A stretch of DNA of 63,646 nt, the filler included, from Reticulomyxa filosa (taxonomy: Eukaryota > Protista > Foraminifera): NCBI GenBank assembly GCA_000512085.1. It is 20 parts of 20 records of this genome, joined end to end, with 100 filler letters (N's around TTAATTAATTAA, not from the genome) between each part and the next. Parts side by side here need not be neighbours in the genome. Positions count along the whole stretch, not along the records: positions 49,853 to 55,967 come from ASPP01005154.1; positions 56,068 to 60,782 come from ASPP01027228.1; positions 60,883 to 62,168 come from ASPP01005983.1; positions 62,269 to 63,646 come from ASPP01023191.1; 16 more parts are not named here. One strand, written 5' to 3'. Numbering within the stretch: position 1 is the stretch's first letter; the number at the start of each line of letters is the position of its first letter. The translations under genes were made by a program, and so were the position numbers. Positions 53,831 to 63,646 of this stretch are shown in pieces. A model generated the notes under the pieces. The model saw nothing but the letters and a program-made list of their open reading frames with translations, was not told where the DNA came from and made no database searches.

Positions 53831-53908
53831 ATAACAGACACTTATACTGGCTTTCAGCCGGGCGTTTGACTGGGGCGCTTAGGATCTTAGACAATAAGTG
53901 TCGGTTAT
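53831..53908. repeat. 15-bp inverted repeat (1 mismatch) enclosing a GC-rich structured core; candidate ncRNA or mini-element
   Basis: ataacagacacttat (53831-45) pairs with ataagtgtcggttat (53894-908). Internal hairpin ggct-ttc-agcc. A T-run follows. Confidence 0.5.
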
Positions 53909-54228
53909 TTTTTTTTTCCGCTTAAAAATAACGTTTTTTTGACTTTTAGGGTTCATCGTTCGATGACATGTCGACACAAGTTGTTAATGATTTATGATAT
54001 GTCTCAGATTATTTTTGCATGCCATCCTTTTTTTCAAGGTGTAAAGATAAAATGTTTTATTTGTACTCAATGAAAATATTCAATGTTTTCACGACTAAAA
54101 ACACTTGCAAGTCAGAAGGGAAAAAACATTAATATTCTACTTCTGCCTGTTTATTGTCACAGTGGCCTTTCTTGAGAAAAAATTGGCATTTGTTATTCAG
54201 AAAAGAGGCACCTTTTAATTTGATTTTT

Positions 54229-55951
54229 TTATTCTTCTTCTCTTTCTTCAGATTCTTTAGCTGGAGCTGGTTCGTGTTTTTCTTTAGTGGCGTTGACGGA
54301 TCGATCTTCCATCAATTGATATTGCTTCGTCCACGTAAAAATATCTTTCTCAGTCTTTTTTTGTTTCTTGTACAATATGGCAATAACCACAATACCCGCT
54401 ACGATGACAACAACAATAAGGACCGAGATAAGAATGGCCAAGGTAAAGCTAGTGGAGGCTTTGGAGCTGGAAGTGGTAGTGGCAGCGTTACAAGAGTTGT
54501 AGTTAGGATCACTTGGGCTTAAGCATTTTCCACAAGCATCTCTCTCATAACCCCCTTGACAAACACCACGACAATCTTTGCCAGTATTATTCCAAGTTGC
54601 TAAAGATGTAGAGACGCAAATGCCGCAAGGATTTGTCTTGTATCCACTATTCACAACCCCGTCACATCCCACACAATCATCCCAATGGGGATCCGTTTCT
54701 GAAGACAAGCACAATCCACAACGATCTACAGAGTAGTGCCCATAGCATACGCCTTGGCAATCTCTATCCGATTCAGAACAGTTGGGAGCCGGTGCAGCTG
54801 TGGTGGTTTGGAAGCATTGAGGAGGCTGTGTTCCATTTATAAATCCAGCGCAAATGGCATCTAACACTTGGCACGTTTGTTCGGTTATTTCATCGCAATC
54901 AATGTTGCCATACACTATCGCCGAATTGACCAACACGGTTGGTAGATTATAAAGATATTGGTTTTCGCGAAGTCTTACCTCCTCCTGCAATATGGTATTT
55001 ACCCCGCCCCTGTAGGTATACCCTCCAGAGGTGCTGACACAGTTTTTCACCCACTGTGTCATGTTGGAGTCCAAAGATGTCATTTGTGTGTAGCTGCAAC
55101 TCTCCGTAAACGTTATCATAGAATTATTCGTGAGCCAACAGTTTTTATTCCATAAATTTGAGTAGTCCCACCACAACGATTCATTCAATTTAGTTGAATT
55201 CGCATATCTTTTTTTCATAAAAAAAAAGACAATAAAATGAGGAATGTAAAAACAAGAAGGGGATGCAAAAAAAAAAAAGCAAGATAATCATACGCAACTT
55301 CCATACGCAGATATTTCTCAAATTTTCTTGAACTACACTCATGCCTGTCAATCCTACTGACAAGTCGTATTCCGGATCCGGTGCGCAATATCTACGTTGT
55401 TGGTTTTTTTTTTTTGTTATTGTAAACTTGGCTGTAGTATACCTATGCCTGAAAGAAAGAAGAGATTATTGCTTACGTCTTTTCAATGTAAAAAAAAAAA
55501 AAAAAAAAAAACTTAAATAATATACACACATATGTATGTATACTTCTCTCAATGAGCACACAAATAAAATAAAATAAAAAGTGTAATGAAATAACCTTCC
55601 ACTGTTGGTACATTGCGATCCGCAATGGAATCCTCCGTCGTCACAGCCCCAGTGCGCGCCATCTAAAATATATACGTGGGGAGTGAACACAGTATAATTG
55701 TTATATTCGAAATTCAACGCTGTGTCTCTCCAGTTTTGTTTGAACGCGACACTGTTGAGGTCGTTCGCACTTGTCCACAGCTCGTATTCCACGCGATCGT
55801 CCGGATGAGGGAGTCCCCATTCCAATCGAGCAATCGTCCAATTCAACTCTCTTGCAAGAGGATACACTGTTCCGTTCGTATTGTTTGGATTCCAATTCAC
55901 TACTCCCAATTCGTTCATTAATATGCTGCCATAAGTTGTTTCTAACCCCAT
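54229..55951 (-). CDS. Vacuolar sorting receptor (BP-80/VSR)-like protein with Cys-rich repeats and TM (partial)
   Basis: LPHPDDRVEYELWTSAND, FTPHVY, QCTNSGR|YCAPDPE...VVQENLRNICVW, LPTVLVN, VLDAICAGF, TM helix, cytosolic YQLM. Confidence 0.9.
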
Positions 55952-56069
55952 TCAAAACATTTTTTTGNNNNNNNNNNNNNNNNNNNNNNNNNNNNNNNNN
56001 NNNNNNNNNNNTTAATTAATTAANNNNNNNNNNNNNNNNNNNNNNNNNNNNNNNNNNNNNNNNNNNNTA

Positions 56070-56959
56070 TAATAGAGAAAATACTATCGACCTTTAAAGA
56101 TTCTTCAAAGACATCCTTCTTATGTGCGCAATGTAAAATTTTCTCCAAACGGTTCTAAGATTGTTTTATGTTCAGATGAGACAGTCAAAATATGGAGTAT
56201 TGAATCCGAAAAAGAAATTGGAATACTCAAAGGACATTCAGATATTGTAAATGATGCACAATTTTCACCAGATGGGGGTATGATTGTTTCATGTTCAGAT
56301 GACAAAACCATTATATTATGGAATGAATCATCATGTAAAAAACAACCGAATTAAGAGGACATAAGCAAGCTGTGACCAGTGTCCAATTCTCACCAGACGG
56401 AAAAACAATTTTATCTGGCTCACACGATCAAACAATTCGAATATGGGATTTATATTCCGGACAAAAAGTGGCAATTTTAGAACAATTCAATAACATAACA
56501 TATGCACAATTTTCACCTAATGGTCAACAAATTATGTCAATATCCAATAATGGACCAATTGGAATTTGGGATGTAACAAGACGTAAAATGATATATGAAT
56601 TTAATGATAATACTCAACATGAACGTAAAGCAAAATTTTCATCAAATGGTCATTTGGTTGTATCTTGTTCAAAGACAGAAGAAATATTCTTATGGGACGT
56701 GGCATTTGAAAGAAAAAGCAAGACATTGAAAGGACATTTTGATGCAGTGAATGATGTACAATTCTTTTCAGATAATCAAACTCTTGTATCATGCTCAATG
56801 GATAATACAATCCGACTATGGGATGCGGAATTAGAAGTAGAAATACAAAAATTCCAAGGATATTCCGATAACATAATTATGATAGATGTTTCATCAAACG
56901 ATAATACAATTGTATCAATTTCTGAAAATGGAGTCATTCAATTATGGAAGTCATTGTGA
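56070..56959 (+). CDS. WD40 repeat protein (one homopolymer frameshift near 56345)
   Basis: Repeats of GH...V...FSPDG..IVS.S.D.TIR.WD. Confidence 0.9.
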
Positions 56960-58156
56960 ACCTTTTCACCATTTGATGGAAAGACAACCAAATACAATCT
57001 AAAATCAAGTGAAATCAACAAATTTTTGTTCATAAGCAATAACAATATTAAAAAAAAAAAAAGTTTAACAATCGCGTTTTTCTCGTATTCATGAAATTTG
57101 CCAATTCTTTTTTAAGCATTTTGGTAGAATGCCTTGTGAATGTTTTTAATTGACAAAATGAATTTCTTCATTTTTTTTTGTGTCACGAAATGTCTTGTTT
57201 AGCATAAAACGTAATGAAATTTTTTATAGAAATGCAAGACAATAACAGATTATGAAAAAAGATCGCATATTTTGCTTTAAATTCCATTTGGAAAGTAGGT
57301 CTTCAAAGTGGCTTATCATTGAAAGATAGTATTTGGAAGATGAACAAAAATTAAACGTAGTAGAATATTTTGATTTTTTTTTATGTAAATAAGTTCATTT
57401 TTAAGTAATTGCTAAATATTAAATTGATAAATTCTTCATGTTGTTAATTTTGTTAATCACATGAATGTCGATCATCAACTTTTGTTTTCTCTGGAATGAT
57501 TCGAGTGATCAAACAAACTGATTTATTTTGTTCAAGATATAAATACTTACCATACAGTTAAAACAAACATAAGAATTTCACTTGTAAAAGTACGATTTGT
57601 GTGATCATGTAAGACTTTCACAGTCCAATGTTAAAAAAACGGTTACCCTGAACTCTATTTGATCAACATCACATAACAATACTTTAAAAAATTCAAGAAT
57701 AAACGACTCTCTGACATATGAGTCTCAATATTGATATGTTTTACCTTTGTTCTGGCTGTTTATGTTGTTTTGTAAATTTTTTTGATTTTTCGCATTTCTT
57801 TTATCCTTCAACAAAAAATTCTATGCAGCACGTACAAAATTGGAGAAGAAAAAAAATGTTAACAAGGTTCCCAAAACATTGCGAAGATCTTGTTCTACAA
57901 CTATCAAAAACTAAAAAAAATTAAATTTTGCATTGCAAAAAAAAAAGGTCCACAAGTATAAGGTCTTTAAAAATTTTTTATTGATAAATGGAAAGTACTA
58001 CCAAAAATTATTGTGATGTTATTATAGCGAACACAAAATTTTTCTTTTGTTGCAAATGATATTTCACGTTCTTAAAAAAAAGGCTTGAATAAAAAAAACA
58101 CCTACTTGAAAAAAACCTTGCAACAAAAAAAAAACTTTCCGTCTTCCGCAACTAAA

Positions 58157-60704
58157 ATGCTTTCTTTGTGTTACACGTTATTAAGTTTGTGGCTGACCCA
58201 ATTTTGGTGTTAAGTGAGCAAACAAGCATTTTTTTTTGTGACAAAAAACAAAAAATAACATAAAACAGCGAGCAAAGCACAGTTGTCAGCATCAGAAAGT
58301 AACGCACTGGTAAGTTTCTATAATTCGACAAAAGGGTTATATTGGGATATGTCATTTGGAGGTACGTGCACACTTTATGGAGTAAGGTGTGCTTATTCAT
58401 GGAATGGAGCCACACTTAATGCCACTGTAATTGGATTGACCTTGCCGTTTGAAAACATAAGTGGGACAATATCTCCAGAAATTGGTGACTTAATTAATTT
58501 AGAGATTCTTTCTTTAACCGACAATAGGTTAAGTTTAAAAAAAAAAAAAGTGATTAAAACTTATATTAATTTTAATATTTACATGTATGCTCTTGGTTTT
58601 GTGATTCAATGTTCTAACAGATTCACCGGGACTATACCGTCAACAATTGAAAAGTTATCAAAATTAAAGAGTCTTGGTTTGTCTCAAAATCAGTTAAGTG
58701 ATGAAAAATGCAATTGTGTGAATTTTGGTTTGAAGTGATATTTTAATATATCGAACACATTTGTCTTGTTTCGTTGTTTAATACACACATACATATACAT
58801 ATACATGTACAAAGACTGAGCGGAACGATACCATCAATTATTGGGAATTTACGTGAATTAACTTATATTAATCTGTATTACAATCAGTTAAAGTATTAAA
58901 AACGAAACCTATCAAACATATTTGTCAGCTAATTTGTCGTGTTGAACACTCTGTCTTACTTTCATTTAATATATATAACAGACTCTCTGGGACTATACCG
59001 TCGACAATTGGAAATTTAAATAAATTATCTAATCTCGAGTTGGAATACAATAAGTTAAGTCAATAAAAAATAAAAGTGTCAATTTTTGTTAAAAGTGACG
59101 TTTACATTTTATATATATATAATGTAAGATTAACTGGAGTTATACCATCAAGTATTGGAAACTTATCTGAACTAACATCTCTTTATTTGTTTTACAATCA
59201 GCTAAGTAGTGCTCATTAAAATGTAATTACTTTTGATTTCAAGTGATATTTTTTTGTATGAAACGCATTATCTTTGTCTGTGATTTGGTGTATTGAAAAG
59301 ACTATCTGGGACGATCCCATCAACACTTGGAAATTTGAATAAATTGACAAAACTTAGTTTGTCCAGCAACCAGTGACGTAGTCAAAACAAAACTTGTTTC
59401 TATCTCGATACATTTTTGTCTTGTTTGTGTAACTTAAATTTATTACAGACTAAATGGGACTATACCGTCGATACTTGGAAATTTAACTCAACTACTGTCT
59501 CTCGCTTTGGATAACAATCAGTGAAGTAACAGCGCAAAAACACGTTCAAAAAAAAAAAAAAACGTAATTGCTTTTGATTTGGGGTGATTGATGCATTGTG
59601 TTGTGTTGTGTTGGTTGTGTGTTGAAAGGTTAACTGGAACCATACCGTTGGTGGTTGGGAAGTTAGTTCAACTGAATTATCTTACGTTGAATAACAACCA
59701 GTTAAGTGCAAATTGTATTTGCTTTTCATTCGAAATGGTTTCTATATCGAACATTATCTTGTTTGTTTGTTGTTTTTTTTTTTTATGTAAAAAGACTCAC
59801 TGGGACAGTCCCCTCGACAATTGTAAATTTAAAGAATTTAAACGTTCTTATGTTGTCTGGCAATCAGTTAAGTAATGTTTTTTACAAAAATTTATAATCT
59901 CTTTGATTTGACTTGCAGAAATTATTTTATTTTATTTTTTTTGTCGAACACATTTTTTTTTTTTGTGTATTACTTTTAAAAAAAAAAAAAAAAAAAGATT
60001 AACTGGGACGATATCACCAACAATTGAAAATTTAGTTCAATTGTCTCACCTCATTCTGAATAATAATCAGTTGAGTAACAAAACAAAGCGTATTAAAAAT
60101 TGCATTGTCTTTGATGTAAAAGTGATTACGTGTGTATGTATGTTTTTTTTTTTCCCAATAAACAAAAGACTCTCTGGGACCATACCCTCAACGATTGGCA
60201 ATTTGAATAAATTGACCTTCCTTCTATTGTCCTACAATCAGTTAAGTAATGCTTTGCAAGATTGTATATTACCTTTAATACGACCTTGTTTGTTTTTCAA
60301 CGTACAAAAGGCTAACTGGAACTATCCCGCCGACGATTGGAAATCTGAGTAACCTAACGACGATTTTTTTGTCACACAATAAGTTGAGTTGGCTATTTGT
60401 TGTTCACAAAAAAAAAAAAAAAAAAAAAGTGTATAATGAATAACAAATAACTAAATAAACAAAGATTAAGTGGTGAGTTGCCGCCATTGAAGAAGCTCAC
60501 GTTATTAAATTGCTTTTCTGTTGGCAACAATATGTTGAGTGGCACAATTCCATTCAATGAAACTAGCAATTTGGATAGCATGCGTATGTTGTCATTAGAA
60601 AACAATAACTTTCACGGGAAATTACTCGAATTGCCTGCAATGCATAGCTTATCGATATTGACGCTGCATTCCAATCAGTTTTCTGATAGCAATGTTGATC
60701 AATG
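58157..60704 (+). CDS. Signal peptide + LRRNT cap + plant-type 24-aa LRR receptor-like protein (3' end missing)
   Basis: Exons 58157-58208 (MLSLCYTLLSLWLTQFW) and 58269-58527. Eleven 72-nt exons start at 58621, 58815, 58982, 59129, 59301, 59449, 59629, 59795, 59998, 60169 and 60311. Last visible exon 60465-60704. Consensus LSGTIPSTIGNLxxLxxLxLxxNQ. Confidence 0.93.
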
Positions 60705-60943
60705 GTATTATATTACAAAATGTGTATACATATATATGTATATATATACATATATATACATATATATACATATATATATGTANNNNNNNNNNNNNNNNNN
60801 NNNNNNNNNNNNNNNNNNNNNNNNNNTTAATTAATTAANNNNNNNNNNNNNNNNNNNNNNNNNNNNNNNNNNNNNNNNNNNNAATATATATATAAAAAAA
60901 AAAAAAAAAAAGGGGTATTTTTTTTATTTTTTTGATTGAATAG

Positions 60944-62045
60944 AACTCAGATCTATTGGTGGTGGGATGTAAGCCGAACCAAGCGAACGCGAGCAAGGCG
61001 AATCTCGCCTCGCGGGTACAATACGGCGGGGGACTGCAAATGTACGAGTTGACAGTGAACGAATCCGAAGGCTCGGAAGTACATGACTTTGCATTGGCTG
61101 ACTCCGTGCAACTGTCTGACGGCGTCGTCAGCATGGATTGGAGAGATGATCTGTTACTCGTCGGCACCAACGAAAGTCGGGTCTTGTGCTACACCACTCA
61201 CTCCGAGCGCAAAAGGTTTCCAATAATCCTGTTCCCTTTGGCCATAATGAGCAAGTTTTGAAGATTCTTTTCTGTTTTTTTTTTTGTGCATATAATATAT
61301 ACATATATGCATATACACATATGCATATATGCATATGCATTTTTTTTTTTGTGATTGCATAGAAAGCAATGGTATATACTCCCGGATCATGGATGCAGTC
61401 GTCACGTATTAATGCGGTCAAATTGCAGAGGATCCCCAATCCTGACTCGTTTTTGACTATTAAAAATGAATGGTTTTATTTGTGGAATATCAAGTCGCCA
61501 GAGGGCCCTGTCACTTATGAAAGAGTTTTGAAATTTTATTTGGTTTCTTTTCTTTTTTTTTTAAAAAAAAAAAAAAAATGAAGTGGCAAAACTCGCTTCA
61601 AATGAACCGTTGCAAAATCCATTTGTGTTAGGCCAGTACCTCACCATTGTGTGCCGTGGAGTGGCAACCTAATCATGAACACGTATTCATTGTTGGTGGG
61701 GTAAGCAAAAATCTGAAAATCGTCGATTTGAGAGGAATGTCACGAGACCCATCCAAAGCAGTGGTATAGTGTACCTCCTTCATCTTTATGTTCCCCTCCA
61801 TACACACACACACATCATTTTGCATGCTTGAAAATATTAACCTCTCCTCACTGTGTGCGTCCTAGCCACGACTATTTCGAGACGCACATGACCATGTGGT
61901 TCGAGACGTGGCGTGGAGTCCCTTTGTAGAGTATTGGATTGCTACGTGCGGCGAAGATGCATGTGTGAAAATATGGGACACTCGATACGAGTATGCGCCT
62001 GTCAGAGTGTTGCGCGGGCACACCAACTCTGTCCACACTGTTGCG
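60944..62045 (+). CDS. WD40 repeat protein (multi-exon, partial)
   Basis: VVSMDWRDDLLLVG, LWNIK, LKIVDLR, VRDVAWSP and KIWDTR...LRGH pieces. Confidence 0.7.
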
Positions 62046-62268
62046 TCCTCTATCTCTCCTTTTTTTTAAAAAAAAAAAAAAAAAAGCAATACGAATAACA
62101 ATGATCAAATATAATTCATTTACGTGGAAAGAGAATCGAAAAGAGACAAAAAAAAAAAAAAAAAAAAANNNNNNNNNNNNNNNNNNNNNNNNNNNNNNNN
62201 NNNNNNNNNNNNTTAATTAATTAANNNNNNNNNNNNNNNNNNNNNNNNNNNNNNNNNNNNNNNNNNNN

Positions 62269-62720
62269 ACCTGAATGTCCATTGAATGATTGAATTTGTT
62301 TGTTGTTATTAACATCCCATACACGAACTGTTTTATCATATGATCCAGAACAAATGAATTGACAATCATCAAATGTTGAATAATCAATGCTCCGCACAGA
62401 CATTGTATGTCCAGTAAATGTATTGATTAATTTGGGTGATGAACAAAATACGTCAAACATGAAGAAAGTAGATGCCTATATTAAATAAATATTTGAATGT
62501 TTTTGATTGCATTTAAGAAACGAAAGAATAAATAAACTAACATAATTGAGAATAAATTTATCAAAATCTTTGATCCATCCTAATTTAATCTTTAATTTTC
62601 GAATCCAATGGTGGATAATGATTTGGATCTCTTCTTCTTTTGACTGTTTCAAGCATAAAGCAAAATTAGAAAAGAAATAAGAAGAAAAACGTAAAAAAGC
62701 AACTTAAACGAAACTTTCAT
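62269..62720 (-). CDS. WD40 repeat protein, 5' part, preceded by a short helical module exon
   Basis: SKEEEIQIIIHHWIRKLKIKLGWIKDFDKFILNY|ASTFFMFD...TFTGHTMSVRSIDYSTFDDCQFICSGSYDKTVRVWD. Confidence 0.85.
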
Positions 62721-63646
62721 TGATAGGTTAAAGTATCTTCTTTTTTTTTTTGAGATGATCTTTGCAAAGATGATGAAAAAGACGCTTTTTAACTTTTTTT
62801 TTTAGGATTAAAATGAATTTCTTTTATTTTGTAAATATAAATTTTGTAATAAGAGATAATTATTTTATTTTGTAAAATATTAATACATAGTTTTTCAATT
62901 TTTTTTTATTTGAAAGAGCATTTAACTTTCCATTAAAAAAAAATTGTAAAAAATTTTTTTTGGAGTCAACAAGAATTTTTTTATTTTAATTTCTAGTTAA
63001 CTCAAAATTGTAGGAATATGAATTATTTTTTTTAAAGTCATTTAAAACAATTCCCATCAATAGTTTACAAATCATTTCCAGACTGGTCATTGAGTTTAGA
63101 ATCGTTCTTTGTTCAATGTTTTCATTGTTCATACAATCTCTCAAAAGTACAAAAAGTTAATATTAATGCACTTTATCCTTGTCCCAATAATTTCCAAAAA
63201 CATAAAATGGAGAACAAAAATTTAGTGTCTTTTACTTTTCATAATTACTAACCTCTCAGGAACATTTTTCTTTTAAAATGTAATTCAGTAAAGAAAATGT
63301 GTTGTGTTTTCTTTGTCAGTCAAAATGTGTGAAAGAAACTAATTTTTGATTTGTATTTACAGCAAGCATTCAAGGTACAGTAGAATGCAAAGTTAACACC
63401 TAAAACGACACCTTATAGAGATGATTGATTTTCTTCATGAAAAAACAACATTTAGACCTAATTTTTTTTTTAAATATTTACAAATCGTGCAGTTCTTAAA
63501 TATCATTTTGGTTTTTTATTAAATCTTTACTAATTATTTCAAAAATTTGAATATTTATTCTTTTTGAAAATTTTCGAGAAAAAGTTGATAACAGTGCATA
63601 CATCGTAACCATGAAACTTGCCAACTTTTTTTTAAGCATTTTCAGA

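Noticed and set aside
53864-53877. gtttgactggggcg matches the LSU rRNA P-loop region
   Set aside because: Only 14 nt match and the flanks are not rRNA-like.
44754-60704. Apparent cluster of GGDEF-ankyrin, caspase and LRR genes as a defence island
   Set aside because: They sit on different contigs joined artificially; only Kelch+caspase and WD40+LRR are truly linked.
4137-62268. Regularly recurring TTAATTAATTAA palindrome as a CRISPR-like or biological repeat
   Set aside because: Always embedded in N44 flanks and encodes stops in all six frames, so it is an artificial contig joiner.

Overview
This window is eukaryotic and AT-rich, with many introns. It is not one locus: 20 short contigs are joined by 19 identical artificial 100-bp spacers (N44-TTAATTAATTAA-N44), so gene neighbourhood across spacers is meaningless. 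The gene families (WD40, Kelch, caspase-like, F-box) and poly-N/poly-A low complexity resemble a foraminiferan such as Reticulomyxa (inference). Many single-base frameshifts in homopolymer runs look like pyrosequencing errors. Recognisable genes: degenerate eEF2-like GTPase, dynein-heavy-chain tail fragment, MMPL-like transporter, DHHC palmitoyltransferase, Exo84, SPRY, ABCG, p23/CS, INTS6-like, PPR, kinase, Kelch, caspase-like C14 peptidase, Lon, Arp1, vacuolar sorting receptor and several WD40 genes. Most interesting: (1) a secreted/surface LRR gene with 11 consecutive exact 72-nt, phase-2 exons, one repeat per exon, with variable binding faces; (2) an intron-containing, degenerate GGDEF-like domain spliced in frame to ankyrin repeats; (3) unusual splice signals (GTT.. 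donors with G often at +6, poly-A acceptors); (4) a small exon-encoded module shared by Kelch and WD40 genes; (5) a candidate structured ncRNA or mini-element at about 53.8 kb.
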